Of a DNA stretch of 62,513 bases, positions 20,101 through 28,597 are shown one piece after another. This DNA comes from Bacteroidota bacterium (lineage in GTDB: Bacteria; Bacteroidota; Bacteroidia; CAILMK01), in assembly GCA_034440515.1 (NCBI GenBank), contig JAWXCF010000089.1, forward strand, positions 1 through 62,513. Direction: 5' to 3'. A program made the translations under genes and the position numbers. Position 1 is the stretch's first letter; each line of letters starts with the position of its first letter. The notes below the pieces were generated by a model, which saw only the letters and a program-made list of their open reading frames with translations, was not told the DNA's origin and ran no database searches.

Positions 20101-20558
20101 GGCAACAAAAAGATGGGCAAAATGGTAAGGACGGTCAAAGCAAAAAATTAGCTGAAATGGCTGCCAGACAAGAAGCACTACGCAGAAGACTACAAGAACT
20201 GAATGAGCAGCGTAATAAAGACGGTTTGACTCCTAGCAAGGAAATTCAGGAGATTCAAAAAATGATGGAGGAGCAAGAGAAAGATATTGTAAATAATAGA
20301 ATATCTGACAGAACCCTAAAGCGCCAAAAGGAAATAGAGACCAGAATGCTAGAGAGTGAAAAGGCTGAACGTATGCAAGATCAAGATGAACAACGCAAAG
20401 CCGAACAAGGTAAAGATAAGAAGAATTTAAACCCACCTCTATTTAAAAAATACATTAGGCTGAAGGAACAAGAGGATGAAATGTTGAGAATGACCCCGCC
20501 TGCCTATAATAGCTATTACAGACAAAAGGTTAAAGCATATTTTGGAGCTAAGAAATAG
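17175..20558 (+). CDS. DUF4175-like membrane-anchored protein with long coiled coil
   Basis: 1127 aa; 3 N-terminal TM helices, beta-rich region (DDHGF, EVYDNDGVNG.K.ARTQ), E/K/Q coiled coil; TATATTTG -7 box at 17151-17158. Confidence 0.8.
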   Translation: MPALQNNYELLLDKLRSFKRKYYLNEILRGFIYFIAILLISYLIAAFLEYLGRLDPLPRTILFWSFIAVNVWVIIRFIALPIFSLVELRQGISTEQAANIIGRHFSDVKDKLLNTLQLHQQATVSTDLGARSLIEASINQKAVQLKPIPFINAIDLSGNKRYLKWVLPPVAIIILLLIVAPKILRDSTTRLVAYNKTFEKEAPFKFELLNKELKAMRGEDFAIKLSVAGEQLPAEVFIIVDGNKVKMNAEGKSSFNYTLRSLSKREYQIEFTANGFTTKKYLLKVNPKAGLEKFEVSVKYPSYLGKKDEVLSNAGDMTLPQGTIVKWQFYPVDAETLSLILGAENKEVTKNEVGEYVWQSKVMQDQDYTVLTQNRYMSKPDSISYQITVIPDAAPSITATEERDPNIKQAALFNGDIHDDHGFSRLHFVYKFTKRSDSASRKSPNSGSINLPLAPGRLDQSFVYYWDMTNVKVSPGDELEYYIEVYDNDGVNGAKSARTQSFYYKTPSLNEIEKDNAKNMAELQKDMESAMKEAQQLQKELEKERRSLTNKPNLDFQDKKRLQTLLNRQKELQEKMKKLNEQYEKNLKDRNEFTPLEKELQEKNDRLLELMKQMNDPEMEKMAQELQKQLDKDDKEGLQKQLSEMQEKDKELQKDLERMQEMYKQLEFEQNLNQNIEKLDKLKEDQEKLAEKTEKSPANDAQKQEQLKEEQKKIDKEFDEVKKDIEKLEKINDELENKNEMEDTKPEQEDIDDAMEKSEEDLEKKENSKAAKNQKDAGKNMQKMKEKLEKMKMEADSDAKMEDYNTLREILDNLIYVSKEQERLMSKIADVNEYNSEFLELSKRQRQLKDDATLIEDSLLALSKRVPEISGFVNKEIAEINFNMNQALDALSKRNLGEGQKYQQFAMTSLNNLALMLSESLENMQESMKMDADSKPGKKPSKKKGKKPGKMSMKQLREQQQQLQKDLQGMKKDQEGQQKDGQNGKDGQSKKLAEMAARQEALRRRLQELNEQRNKDGLTPSKEIQEIQKMMEEQEKDIVNNRISDRTLKRQKEIETRMLESEKAERMQDQDEQRKAEQGKDKKNLNPPLFKKYIRLKEQEDEMLRMTPPAYNSYYRQKVKAYFGAKK

Positions 20559-20559
20559 T

Positions 20560-21993
20560 TCAGCTGTTTACCAAATCTGCCATTTCCTGAATAAGTTTAT
20601 TCTTGGCAATTTTTAAGGTAATTTCATATTTTATCACCTCTGTTTTATAGGTTATATTCTTAATCAGTTCCTTAGCTATTATGGCATCTTGTATATGCCT
20701 TAATTGATGCTTCAGTATATTTAACTGTTGAATAGTTAGAAAATCAATTGTCAATACTCTGCCTTCATCATCTATTATTTGCTTTTTATTTAGCTTAATA
20801 GTATTGATGTCCTGAAAAGTGTAAATCCATAATTTGTAAAATTTATCTACCAGTGTGCTTTCTTCATATTTGTTGGTAAATGCTGTAATGGGGTACATAT
20901 TGGCGAGTTTCTTATAGTCGTACTTGCTCTTTTTTAGTAATTCTAGTTTATAGCTTTGTTCCTTTTTTAATACAACACGTAGCTTTTTATACAGTTTATC
21001 TAGTTCAGGATTGGTGTTTTGGCTTTGATGATTAGAATAAATTTTGTGTACTTTTAGTTGATTATATCCTGCAAGTTCATTGTAGGTCATTAAAAAAATA
21101 TGTTTCCACGTGTGTATGGTGTAATCATTAGTTTGACTGAATATATCGTAAAATAATACTTGCAGTGGCTCAGGTATATATCTCATCTTTAGGTGAGGTA
21201 TTTGCCTAACTAATAGGTATTTAGACTGTTCGCCGTATGCATATAGTTTCTTGTCAATATTTTCTGGCAGCGTAGTTCCAACTTTTACAAATGGTAGAAA
21301 TTTCATTCCAGCAAAGGGGTGAATGCCAAACAGTATTTTGTAGGCTATGATGCTTAATCCAAATATATCCCAAGACTTATTCTTACTTATTTCTTCTGCT
21401 TTATAGTTTGATTTTGGAGCATATTCCGGTGAGTAGCTAGGGGACTGAATCTTAATATCGTCATTCCATATTTGTATGCTGTCCAAATCTATCAGGTGGC
21501 TTTGCCCAGAATTATCCATTATGAAGTTTTGAGGTCGCACGTCTACAATGGTGTAGTAACCAGCATCATACAATTGATTCACCGTTTCACCTATGTTACA
21601 GCAAATCATTAGACGTGATAATAGGTCTTTTATGCCTTTTCTATTTAGGTTGGGTTGCAGTTTTAGCAACTGATGAGGGGGACTTAGCGACTCCAGATAT
21701 TCTAGCCCTAGACCCTCTATCTTTTTCATATAGAATCCTTGTTGTAGCAGCAGTTGTCCTTTGCTTACAGTAGTAGATTCATAATACTCCAGTGGCCAGG
21801 CTAGGTGTGAACTTAATAATGGTCTGTTATTAACTAAATAATTTAGCTTTTCTCGTTTTTGTATTACGTCCTTATTGTCAATATATAGTTTTAACAGCTG
21901 CCTTGGCCTATTTCTTATGGTGTAAATTTTAGCCTCTGCACCCTCTGCAATAGGTGAATCGCTTTTGCTACTATATTCTAATTCTATGGTCAT
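20560..21993 (-). CDS. Ser/Thr protein kinase of a TerY-P triad (YegI-like)
   Basis: EGAEAKIY loop, LLKLY, LAWP, GFYM, VDVRPQN, LIDLDS, SPEYAP, DIFGL..I.YKILFGIHPF.G. Confidence 0.85.
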   Translation of the reverse strand: MTIELEYSSKSDSPIAEGAEAKIYTIRNRPRQLLKLYIDNKDVIQKREKLNYLVNNRPLLSSHLAWPLEYYESTTVSKGQLLLQQGFYMKKIEGLGLEYLESLSPPHQLLKLQPNLNRKGIKDLLSRLMICCNIGETVNQLYDAGYYTIVDVRPQNFIMDNSGQSHLIDLDSIQIWNDDIKIQSPSYSPEYAPKSNYKAEEISKNKSWDIFGLSIIAYKILFGIHPFAGMKFLPFVKVGTTLPENIDKKLYAYGEQSKYLLVRQIPHLKMRYIPEPLQVLFYDIFSQTNDYTIHTWKHIFLMTYNELAGYNQLKVHKIYSNHQSQNTNPELDKLYKKLRVVLKKEQSYKLELLKKSKYDYKKLANMYPITAFTNKYEESTLVDKFYKLWIYTFQDINTIKLNKKQIIDDEGRVLTIDFLTIQQLNILKHQLRHIQDAIIAKELIKNITYKTEVIKYEITLKIAKNKLIQEMADLVNS

Positions 21994-22739
21994 TAGGCTG
22001 AGAACATAGTTGCAATTATCAAGGATTTATCATCCTCTTGTATGGCTATATCTTCATTTCCGTTTGTAATCATTTCTGCAAATCGTTTGTTTATTTCGTC
22101 TTGCTCAACATCCATATCAATTAATGCAGCAATATTGCTTTCCAAAAATGGTTGATATATACTTGCCTTATCTGCAGTTTTTTCTATGCAATAGTTCTCA
22201 AAGCCGTCGGTACACAATATGAATGCACCTACTTCTTGCACTTCATATTCTTCATAAAATTTTTTCCATTGCGATTTCTGCATATTCCACAAATCACACA
22301 CATAGTTGGTTTCATTTACATATTCAGACCTGTGTAGATATTTGGCTATTTGCCACTTATCTGTAGTTTTATAGCCTATATATCCGTCACCTAATTGTAG
22401 TGTATTTAGTGTGGTTCCGTTCATTTGGCACACCAACAATGTAGCAGCGTATTCGGCTATAATATCTACACTGCCAAATGCATTTTGATATATTTGTTTG
22501 ACGACGGCATTTATTATTCCAGCCACATCCCAAGGGCTTTGACTCAAATATTTTTGAACTGCTTTTACGGTCAATTCTGCAGCTTCTCTTCCGAATTGCC
22601 TGCTACCACATCCGTCACTTGCTATTGCAGTAAACTTTCCACCTAACATTCCTGCCCAAGTATAATCTTGAGAAACTTGACCTTCACCACTGTGTTTTTT
22701 ACCTGGTACCGATGCGAATGCATATTTAATTTTCATCAT
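21993..22739 (-). CDS. PP2C-family phosphatase of a TerY-P triad (YegK/PphC-like)
   Basis: SVPG..H, SQD, IASDGCGS, ATLL, QLGDG, EYVNET, LCTDG and DDKSL motifs. Confidence 0.9.
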   Translation of the reverse strand: MMKIKYAFASVPGKKHSGEGQVSQDYTWAGMLGGKFTAIASDGCGSRQFGREAAELTVKAVQKYLSQSPWDVAGIINAVVKQIYQNAFGSVDIIAEYAATLLVCQMNGTTLNTLQLGDGYIGYKTTDKWQIAKYLHRSEYVNETNYVCDLWNMQKSQWKKFYEEYEVQEVGAFILCTDGFENYCIEKTADKASIYQPFLESNIAALIDMDVEQDEINKRFAEMITNGNEDIAIQEDDKSLIIATMFSA

Positions 22740-22749
22740 TTAGTTTCTA

Positions 22750-23409
22750 CTATATTTTTAGACTAGCCCAATCATCTGTTGATGGCAGGCTAATGGTTTG
22801 TCCTGTTCTGCTGTTGCTAATGGTTTTCATACTGGCACTTAACCATTTAAAGAATTCTTGAAATTTAAGGTCTTGCAACATTTTTGCATTTCCCAATGAT
22901 TGCAACAATTCTAGGTCAGCGCCCTGAACACCTACCCCATAGTAGGTGTATTTACTATCGGCTTGATCATTTCGCAGCATAGTTCTTAGGGCGCCTACAT
23001 TTTGGTCTGGATTAGGCTGCCCATCAGTTATCATTACTACAAATGGTCGATAGTAGGGTTGCCCAGTTTCCTTATAATAGTTCTTTCTACGCTCTACCTC
23101 TGTCGTAGCTATTGCCATAGCATCTACCATTCTAGTACTGCCGTTTGCCTTCAATTTCGGAATTAACAACTCATTCACCAGCGTAGGTGGGCAAATCATT
23201 TCTATCTCGTCATTAAAGGTAATGACAGCAACCTCTAATCGTTGGCTGGTGGTGAAGTCGTTGTTGGTTTCTACTATAAACCTTTGTAGTCCTTCGTTCA
23301 GTTCCTCTATAGCAGCACCGTCCATACTGCCACTAGTGTCTAGCACCAATATACACAGGCACTTTTGTTCGTAATTTTTAGGAGTAAGCTCTGCAGTAAA
23401 TGACAGCAT
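22750..23409 (-). CDS. terY: TerY-like vWA domain protein (YegL-like)
   Basis: LVLDTSGSM MIDAS, EVAVITF, G.T.M, YYRPFVVMITDG.P and F.EFFKWLSAS motifs. Confidence 0.9.
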   Translation of the reverse strand: MLSFTAELTPKNYEQKCLCILVLDTSGSMDGAAIEELNEGLQRFIVETNNDFTTSQRLEVAVITFNDEIEMICPPTLVNELLIPKLKANGSTRMVDAMAIATTEVERRKNYYKETGQPYYRPFVVMITDGQPNPDQNVGALRTMLRNDQADSKYTYYGVGVQGADLELLQSLGNAKMLQDLKFQEFFKWLSASMKTISNSRTGQTISLPSTDDWASLKI

Positions 23410-23554
23410 AGTATGCGATAGTTTTGGATTTGTAAATTAAAATGGAAAATTACGAATAGGCGTATTTAAATCACGAATTTTAGAATGATAATTGCATTCA
23501 TTTAATGGTATGAAATAGTTGGTGCAGCATAATCAACTATTTTTGGCGACAACT

Positions 23555-24550
23555 ATGCGATTTTTCACCAACTTTAGTTACTTGGCGTACCCTTGGGTAC
23601 TGTTGCTTTGGCTGGGCGTGTTTTGGATGTTATGGTCAAGATACAGGCGAAACAAAGCTGGTAGGCTAGAGCGAACAGGATTGCGAACCTCTATTAATCT
23701 TCCGCCGCCAGGCATAACGGTTCGTTTGCGAATTTATGTAATCAGAATATTACCTATAATCGAGGCATTCGCACTAATATTGCTAATTTATTCTATGGCT
23801 AGACCTAGGTCTCCACTAGCTGAAATTACCAATTATAGAAAGGGGATAGATATTCTGTTGGCAATGGATGTGAGTCAAAGTATGGAGAAAACTGACTTTA
23901 AGCCAAGCAGATTAGAAGCTGCAAAGAAAGTTGCCCTTGAGTTCATAGATGCACGCCAACAAGACCGTATAGGATTGGTGATGTTTTGTGGGGAAAGTTT
24001 CACAAAATGTCCTTTAACTATAGACCACGAAATGGTAAAACTTAGCATTAAGACTATAGATAGAAGCATATTGGTAGATGGTACGGCAATTGGTATGGGC
24101 TTGGCAACGGCTACAGATAGATTGAGGCACAGTGCAGCGAAAAGCAAAGTAGTTATATTATTAACTGACGGTGCTAATAATTCCGGTAAGATAGACCCAA
24201 AAACAGCAGCAGAATTGGCTGAAAAGTATAAAGTAAAGGTATATACCATTGGTATGGCTGGCTTAACAAATCTTGACCTGCCCTACCCCTACGCTGGTGA
24301 TGTAGAGATAGATGAGGAATTGATGCGATACATAGCAGACAAAACAGGAGGTTTGTATTTTCGAGCTACCGATAATAATTCACTTAGTAAAATATATCAA
24401 GAGATAAATACTCTTGAGAAAAGCAACCTAAACAGTCGTGGTAAACCCAAATATGAGGAGCACTTTGCAGGGTATTTATTTTGGGCTGGGATTTTAACTT
24501 TTTTCACTTTATTGCTTAGGTTAACCTGGCTGCGAAACATAATAGACTAG
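23555..24550 (+). CDS. batA: BatA vWA domain protein
   Basis: Probable ATG at 23555; YPW.L, MARP, GIDILLAMDVSQSM...DFKPSRL, DRIGLV.F, GTAIGMGL, LLTDGANN; C-terminal TM. Confidence 0.9.
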   Translation: MRFFTNFSYLAYPWVLLLWLGVFWMLWSRYRRNKAGRLERTGLRTSINLPPPGITVRLRIYVIRILPIIEAFALILLIYSMARPRSPLAEITNYRKGIDILLAMDVSQSMEKTDFKPSRLEAAKKVALEFIDARQQDRIGLVMFCGESFTKCPLTIDHEMVKLSIKTIDRSILVDGTAIGMGLATATDRLRHSAAKSKVVILLTDGANNSGKIDPKTAAELAEKYKVKVYTIGMAGLTNLDLPYPYAGDVEIDEELMRYIADKTGGLYFRATDNNSLSKIYQEINTLEKSNLNSRGKPKYEEHFAGYLFWAGILTFFTLLLRLTWLRNIID

Positions 24551-24553
24551 TAG

Positions 24554-25606
24554 ATGCACATATACGACATAATAAAATTGTGGTTTCTGCTGGGGGTTTT
24601 CCCTTTAATCATTATAGCTAGATACTACTTTAAATGGCGCAAGCGTGCCATAAATAGTCTGGGCGATGTCCATATGCAGCGCCTTAGATTAATACATAGA
24701 CCACATACCGGTACACCTTGGGTGAATGCTGGGATTGGTGCCTTAATTCTATTGGTAATCGCACTATGTGACGTTAGAGTAGGCGGAATTAAGGAAAAAG
24801 TGGCCTATCCAGGACTTGATGTTGCCTTTGTATTAGACGTGAGTAAAAGTATGGATTGCCAAGATATATTGCCCAATAGACTGGAGCGTGCTAAAAGCTT
24901 GTTAGCTAATGTGCTGAAAACTAATCTTAACATAAACGCAGGGATTATAGTATTTGCACAAAATCCATATGTGCTGTGCCCTATGACAGATGATTTAGAG
25001 TTAGTAGATCAGTTTGCAATGAGTACAGCGACAGATATGGTGAGTGAGCAAGGAACTAATGTGAGTGAAGCTTTAGATGCTGGTTATCAACTGCTATATC
25101 CAAAAAAGGGAAATTTAAACTATGCTAGTCCAAATAAAAAGATAATAATATTACTAACAGATGGCGAGAATAATCAATCCGATTATTTCTCTGAAGTAAA
25201 TAACAAGCTAAGAAATAAAGACATAAAAGTATTGGCTGTGGCCTGTGGTACTATGCAGGGAGCACCTATTCCGACCAATAAATCAGAAATGGAAGAACGA
25301 TTTATTAAGGATAAAAAGGGAGCTGTAGTTATATCTAAACCTGACATTAATTTATTGCAAAACATTACTAGCGAGGCTGGTGGTCATAGTTATATAATGA
25401 GCAATGATAGAAGCACGCTGAATCAAATAAATAACTATATGGCTGGGCAAAAGATAATAAGTGCCGCTGCTGTAGAGCGAACTGGAGAATTTCCATTATT
25501 TCCCATATTTATCTTATTAGCCTGTATGCTGCTGACTAGGAACATATTAATGCCGATATTTAAACATCAAGTAATAGATAGGTCTAAAAAAATACTACAC
25601 AGATGA
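24554..25606 (+). CDS. batB: BatB vWA domain protein
   Basis: N-terminal TM, LDVSKSM...DILPNRL, P.TDD, GTN, LLTDGE, GT..GAPIP. Confidence 0.85.
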   Translation: MHIYDIIKLWFLLGVFPLIIIARYYFKWRKRAINSLGDVHMQRLRLIHRPHTGTPWVNAGIGALILLVIALCDVRVGGIKEKVAYPGLDVAFVLDVSKSMDCQDILPNRLERAKSLLANVLKTNLNINAGIIVFAQNPYVLCPMTDDLELVDQFAMSTATDMVSEQGTNVSEALDAGYQLLYPKKGNLNYASPNKKIIILLTDGENNQSDYFSEVNNKLRNKDIKVLAVACGTMQGAPIPTNKSEMEERFIKDKKGAVVISKPDINLLQNITSEAGGHSYIMSNDRSTLNQINNYMAGQKIISAAAVERTGEFPLFPIFILLACMLLTRNILMPIFKHQVIDRSKKILHR

Positions 25607-26298
25607 TGCATTTTATTCAATTATATATCCTGATAGTTGTGTTGTTTGTCTCCCCGTTTCACGCTAACTACATTAAGCGATTGCTTTTTGAGGGTAATAA
25701 AGCTATAGTGTCAAAAGATTATGCACTAGCCTTGGAATATTATGAGGAAGTACTAAAACAAGAGCCAGATAATTTCTTAGCCCAGTATAATAAAGGCAGC
25801 ATATTTTACACTACCAACAAGTATTGGCAGGCTGCTGAAGCTTGGGCTAAGGCTAGCTATACTGCACCAGATGCAGCGCAAAAGTCTATTGTCTTTTACA
25901 ATTTAGGTAATACTTATTTGCAACGAGAAAACTGGACTAAATCTATACAGCATTACAGTTCTGCATTAAAGCAGAACCCAGATAATGTATATGCTAAGTA
26001 CAATTTGAGCTATGCTTTGCTAAAGAAAAAACAAGACGAACAAACCAATCCACAACCCAATAGTGGCGGAAAAGATGGAGATAAGGAACAGCCTAAAGAT
26101 GACAAAGCTGATAAAGGAGCAAACAATGACAAGGGTGATCAAGGTGATAAACCTCAACCCGAACAGCAATTGGGTGCAGATGAGGCTGAGCAAATGTTAG
26201 ATGCGCTTCAGCAACAAGAAGACGAAATAAGACGACGACTTTACAGAATGAATCAGAAGGATCCGAATCTGAAAAAAGAAAGTGAAACACCTTGGTAA
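25603..26298 (+). CDS. batC: BatC TPR protein
   Basis: EGN, YNKG and YNLGN TPRs; D/K/Q-rich linker; AEQMLDAL..QE; terminal W. Confidence 0.85.
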   Translation: MMHFIQLYILIVVLFVSPFHANYIKRLLFEGNKAIVSKDYALALEYYEEVLKQEPDNFLAQYNKGSIFYTTNKYWQAAEAWAKASYTAPDAAQKSIVFYNLGNTYLQRENWTKSIQHYSSALKQNPDNVYAKYNLSYALLKKKQDEQTNPQPNSGGKDGDKEQPKDDKADKGANNDKGDQGDKPQPEQQLGADEAEQMLDALQQQEDEIRRRLYRMNQKDPNLKKESETPW

Positions 26299-26479
26299 AT
26301 AGGATTGCGTAATATTTCATAGATGCAATTAAATTAACTAAGCATTGCACTTAAAGTTTATTTGAGTAGAAACTAAAACCTTCTTACCTCTTTCTTATAT
26401 TAATACTTATTCCGTCATTGTGCAATGGTATAGTACTTTTGCAGACTATATTTATAGGCATTAGAATACAAATTCAAAA

Positions 26480-27520
26480 GTGAGAGAATTAATAGCAGAG
26501 CCACAATCCTACCTAGCGCTTCAAGACAAAATAGTAGGCGACAAAGCCTTAAAAATAGCCTTGGTGATGCATAGCAAACCAGACGGTGATGCTATGGGTA
26601 GTGCTTTAGCAATGATGCATTATTTACGTCACTTTGGGCACTTAGTAGAGGTTGTAGTACCAAGTGACATCGGTGAATTTTTGGCTTGGCTGCCTGGCAT
26701 AGAGCATAGTATATTATATACCAAACATAGAGATCAGTGCAACAACGTGTTGCGCGAGGCCGAATTGATATTTTGCTTAGACTTTAGTCAAATGCAACGT
26801 GTCGAATATATGGAACAGGCAATGATGAAGACGACTGCACCCATCTGTATGTTAGACCATCACATTGGGCCTCAAGGCTTTGATAATTATAGATTGTGGC
26901 GAGAAGAAGCTAGTGCAACTGCCGAATTGGTATATGAGTTTATCACTACCATATCACCTCAATATCAATTAAGTACAGACGTAGCTACTTGCATATATAC
27001 GGGTCTAATGACTGACACAGGAAGTTTTAGGTTTTCTAGTGTAAGCCCAGCAGTACACGAAATAGTTGCCAGCCTACTTAGAACAGGTATGGATCATACA
27101 ATTGTACATCAAAGTATTTACGATACATTTAATGAAAATAGGTTGAGATTCTTTGGACATTGTTTCAAAGAAAAAATGGTAATAATGCCAGAATTTAGAA
27201 CAGCCTACATTTATGTTTCGCTAGCTGAGTTAAAGGAATATAGCATTACAACTGGCGATACAGAGGGCTTAGTTAATTATCCTCTTAGCTTGACAGGTAT
27301 CATATTTGTCGGCTTAATTATAGAGAGAGACGGAATAGTGAAGGTAAGTATGCGAAGTAAAGGCGAGTTTCCAGCTAACGAATTTGCAGGCAAATACTTC
27401 AATGGTGGTGGACATTATAATGCAGCAGGTGGTAGCTATAAGCCAAACCTAGAAGAAGCTGTTGAAGTATTTGTAAATGGTGTAAATGAATATGCTGACT
27501 TATTGAAAATTGTAGAATAG
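26480..27520 (+). CDS. nrnA: DHH/DHHA1 bifunctional oligoribonuclease / PAP phosphatase
   Basis: H.KPDGDAMGS, DHH, TDTGSF, SMRS and GGGH.NAAG motifs; TACTTTTG -7 box at 26434-26441. Confidence 0.92.
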   Translation: MRELIAEPQSYLALQDKIVGDKALKIALVMHSKPDGDAMGSALAMMHYLRHFGHLVEVVVPSDIGEFLAWLPGIEHSILYTKHRDQCNNVLREAELIFCLDFSQMQRVEYMEQAMMKTTAPICMLDHHIGPQGFDNYRLWREEASATAELVYEFITTISPQYQLSTDVATCIYTGLMTDTGSFRFSSVSPAVHEIVASLLRTGMDHTIVHQSIYDTFNENRLRFFGHCFKEKMVIMPEFRTAYIYVSLAELKEYSITTGDTEGLVNYPLSLTGIIFVGLIIERDGIVKVSMRSKGEFPANEFAGKYFNGGGHYNAAGGSYKPNLEEAVEVFVNGVNEYADLLKIVE

Positions 27521-27547
27521 CGACAATCAATAGTTACTATAAAAAGA

Positions 27548-27579
27548 AAACCCCCAGAGTAGTTATTAACTGGGGGTTT
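27548..27579. terminator. Bidirectional intrinsic terminator
   Basis: AAACCCCCAG-N12-CTGGGGGTTT between convergent nrnA and FKBP genes, A-rich and T-rich flanks. Confidence 0.8.
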
Positions 27580-27601
27580 GTTATTTCTATTAAGTATTTC
27601 T

Positions 27602-28540
27602 TTACCTAGTCGGCTGCTGCTGAGGAGCTGGTGCACTTTTAGGTCCAGGTACCACGTTTAGTACTTTTATTTCGAATATTAAATTGCTATTTGCAGGTAT
27701 GCCACTGCCACTACCGTTACCTGGTTGTGCTTGTGGTCCGTAGGCTAAATAACTGGGAATGTAAATGGTAGCCTCTGTCCCAGTATTGAATTTCTCCATA
27801 GCTATGTCCCATCCTGGTATTACTCTACCTTGTCCTAATGGAAATGAGAATGGTACCCCTGGTTTGCTTTGATCAAATACTTCACCATTCATTAGCATCC
27901 CTTTATACTCAACACTTACCGTAGCACCTGGTGTGGGCGTTGGGCCAGTACCTTCTTTTTTAATTACGTAATAAACCTGCATTTGCTTTTTAGGAGTAAT
28001 GTTTTTCTCTTTGAAATAAGTATTTAGGTCAATGCTGTCTTTATTCATTTGATTTTGAAACTGCGAGTAATCGTCCTGCTGTTTTTTGCTCATATAGTCA
28101 GCATACTCTGTCTTGTTCATTACCTTAATTATTTTAAATGCCTGTCTAAGTTCAGTGCTATTACCTAATTCAGTTGGCATTTTACCACCCATTCTAGCCT
28201 TAAGTGTATCAGCTGGGATGTATAACACGGCACTATCACCTTCTGTCATTGCAGTAAACATATCAACAAAATCTTGTGGCAAACTAGACTTGCTTATCAA
28301 CACCGTTACTGGTTTTGAATTGGCTGCACTACCTGGTAGTAAACTGTCTTTGTCATTTAAAGCATAAGCTCTAATTTCAACGGCTGAGCTATCTGCAATT
28401 ATTTTTTTACCATTACTTGAGGTGAAAATCTCGTAATTTAATCCTCCAGTGGTTTTGCTTTTCACTGATTGGGGTTTGCAGCTTACTACTATGCCTAAAA
28501 TGCATACTAAGCTAAATAATCGAAAAAATGTAGTTGACAT
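27602..28540 (-). CDS. FKBP-type PPIase lipoprotein
   Basis: Lipobox VVSC; VEYKG..FD.S..VIPGWD..IYIPS.LAYG..IPANSNLIFEI. Confidence 0.92.
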   Translation of the reverse strand: MSTTFFRLFSLVCILGIVVSCKPQSVKSKTTGGLNYEIFTSSNGKKIIADSSAVEIRAYALNDKDSLLPGSAANSKPVTVLISKSSLPQDFVDMFTAMTEGDSAVLYIPADTLKARMGGKMPTELGNSTELRQAFKIIKVMNKTEYADYMSKKQQDDYSQFQNQMNKDSIDLNTYFKEKNITPKKQMQVYYVIKKEGTGPTPTPGATVSVEYKGMLMNGEVFDQSKPGVPFSFPLGQGRVIPGWDIAMEKFNTGTEATIYIPSYLAYGPQAQPGNGSGSGIPANSNLIFEIKVLNVVPGPKSAPAPQQQPTR

Positions 28541-28597
28541 TTATAATAATATAAGATGCGAAAGTACTGAAATTAAAATATTTATTTATGCTATATA

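Noticed and set aside
18700-20500. Repetitive A/G-rich sequence as a DNA repeat array or CRISPR
   Set aside because: It reflects E/K/Q codon bias of a coiled coil; there are no fixed-length repeats with spacers.
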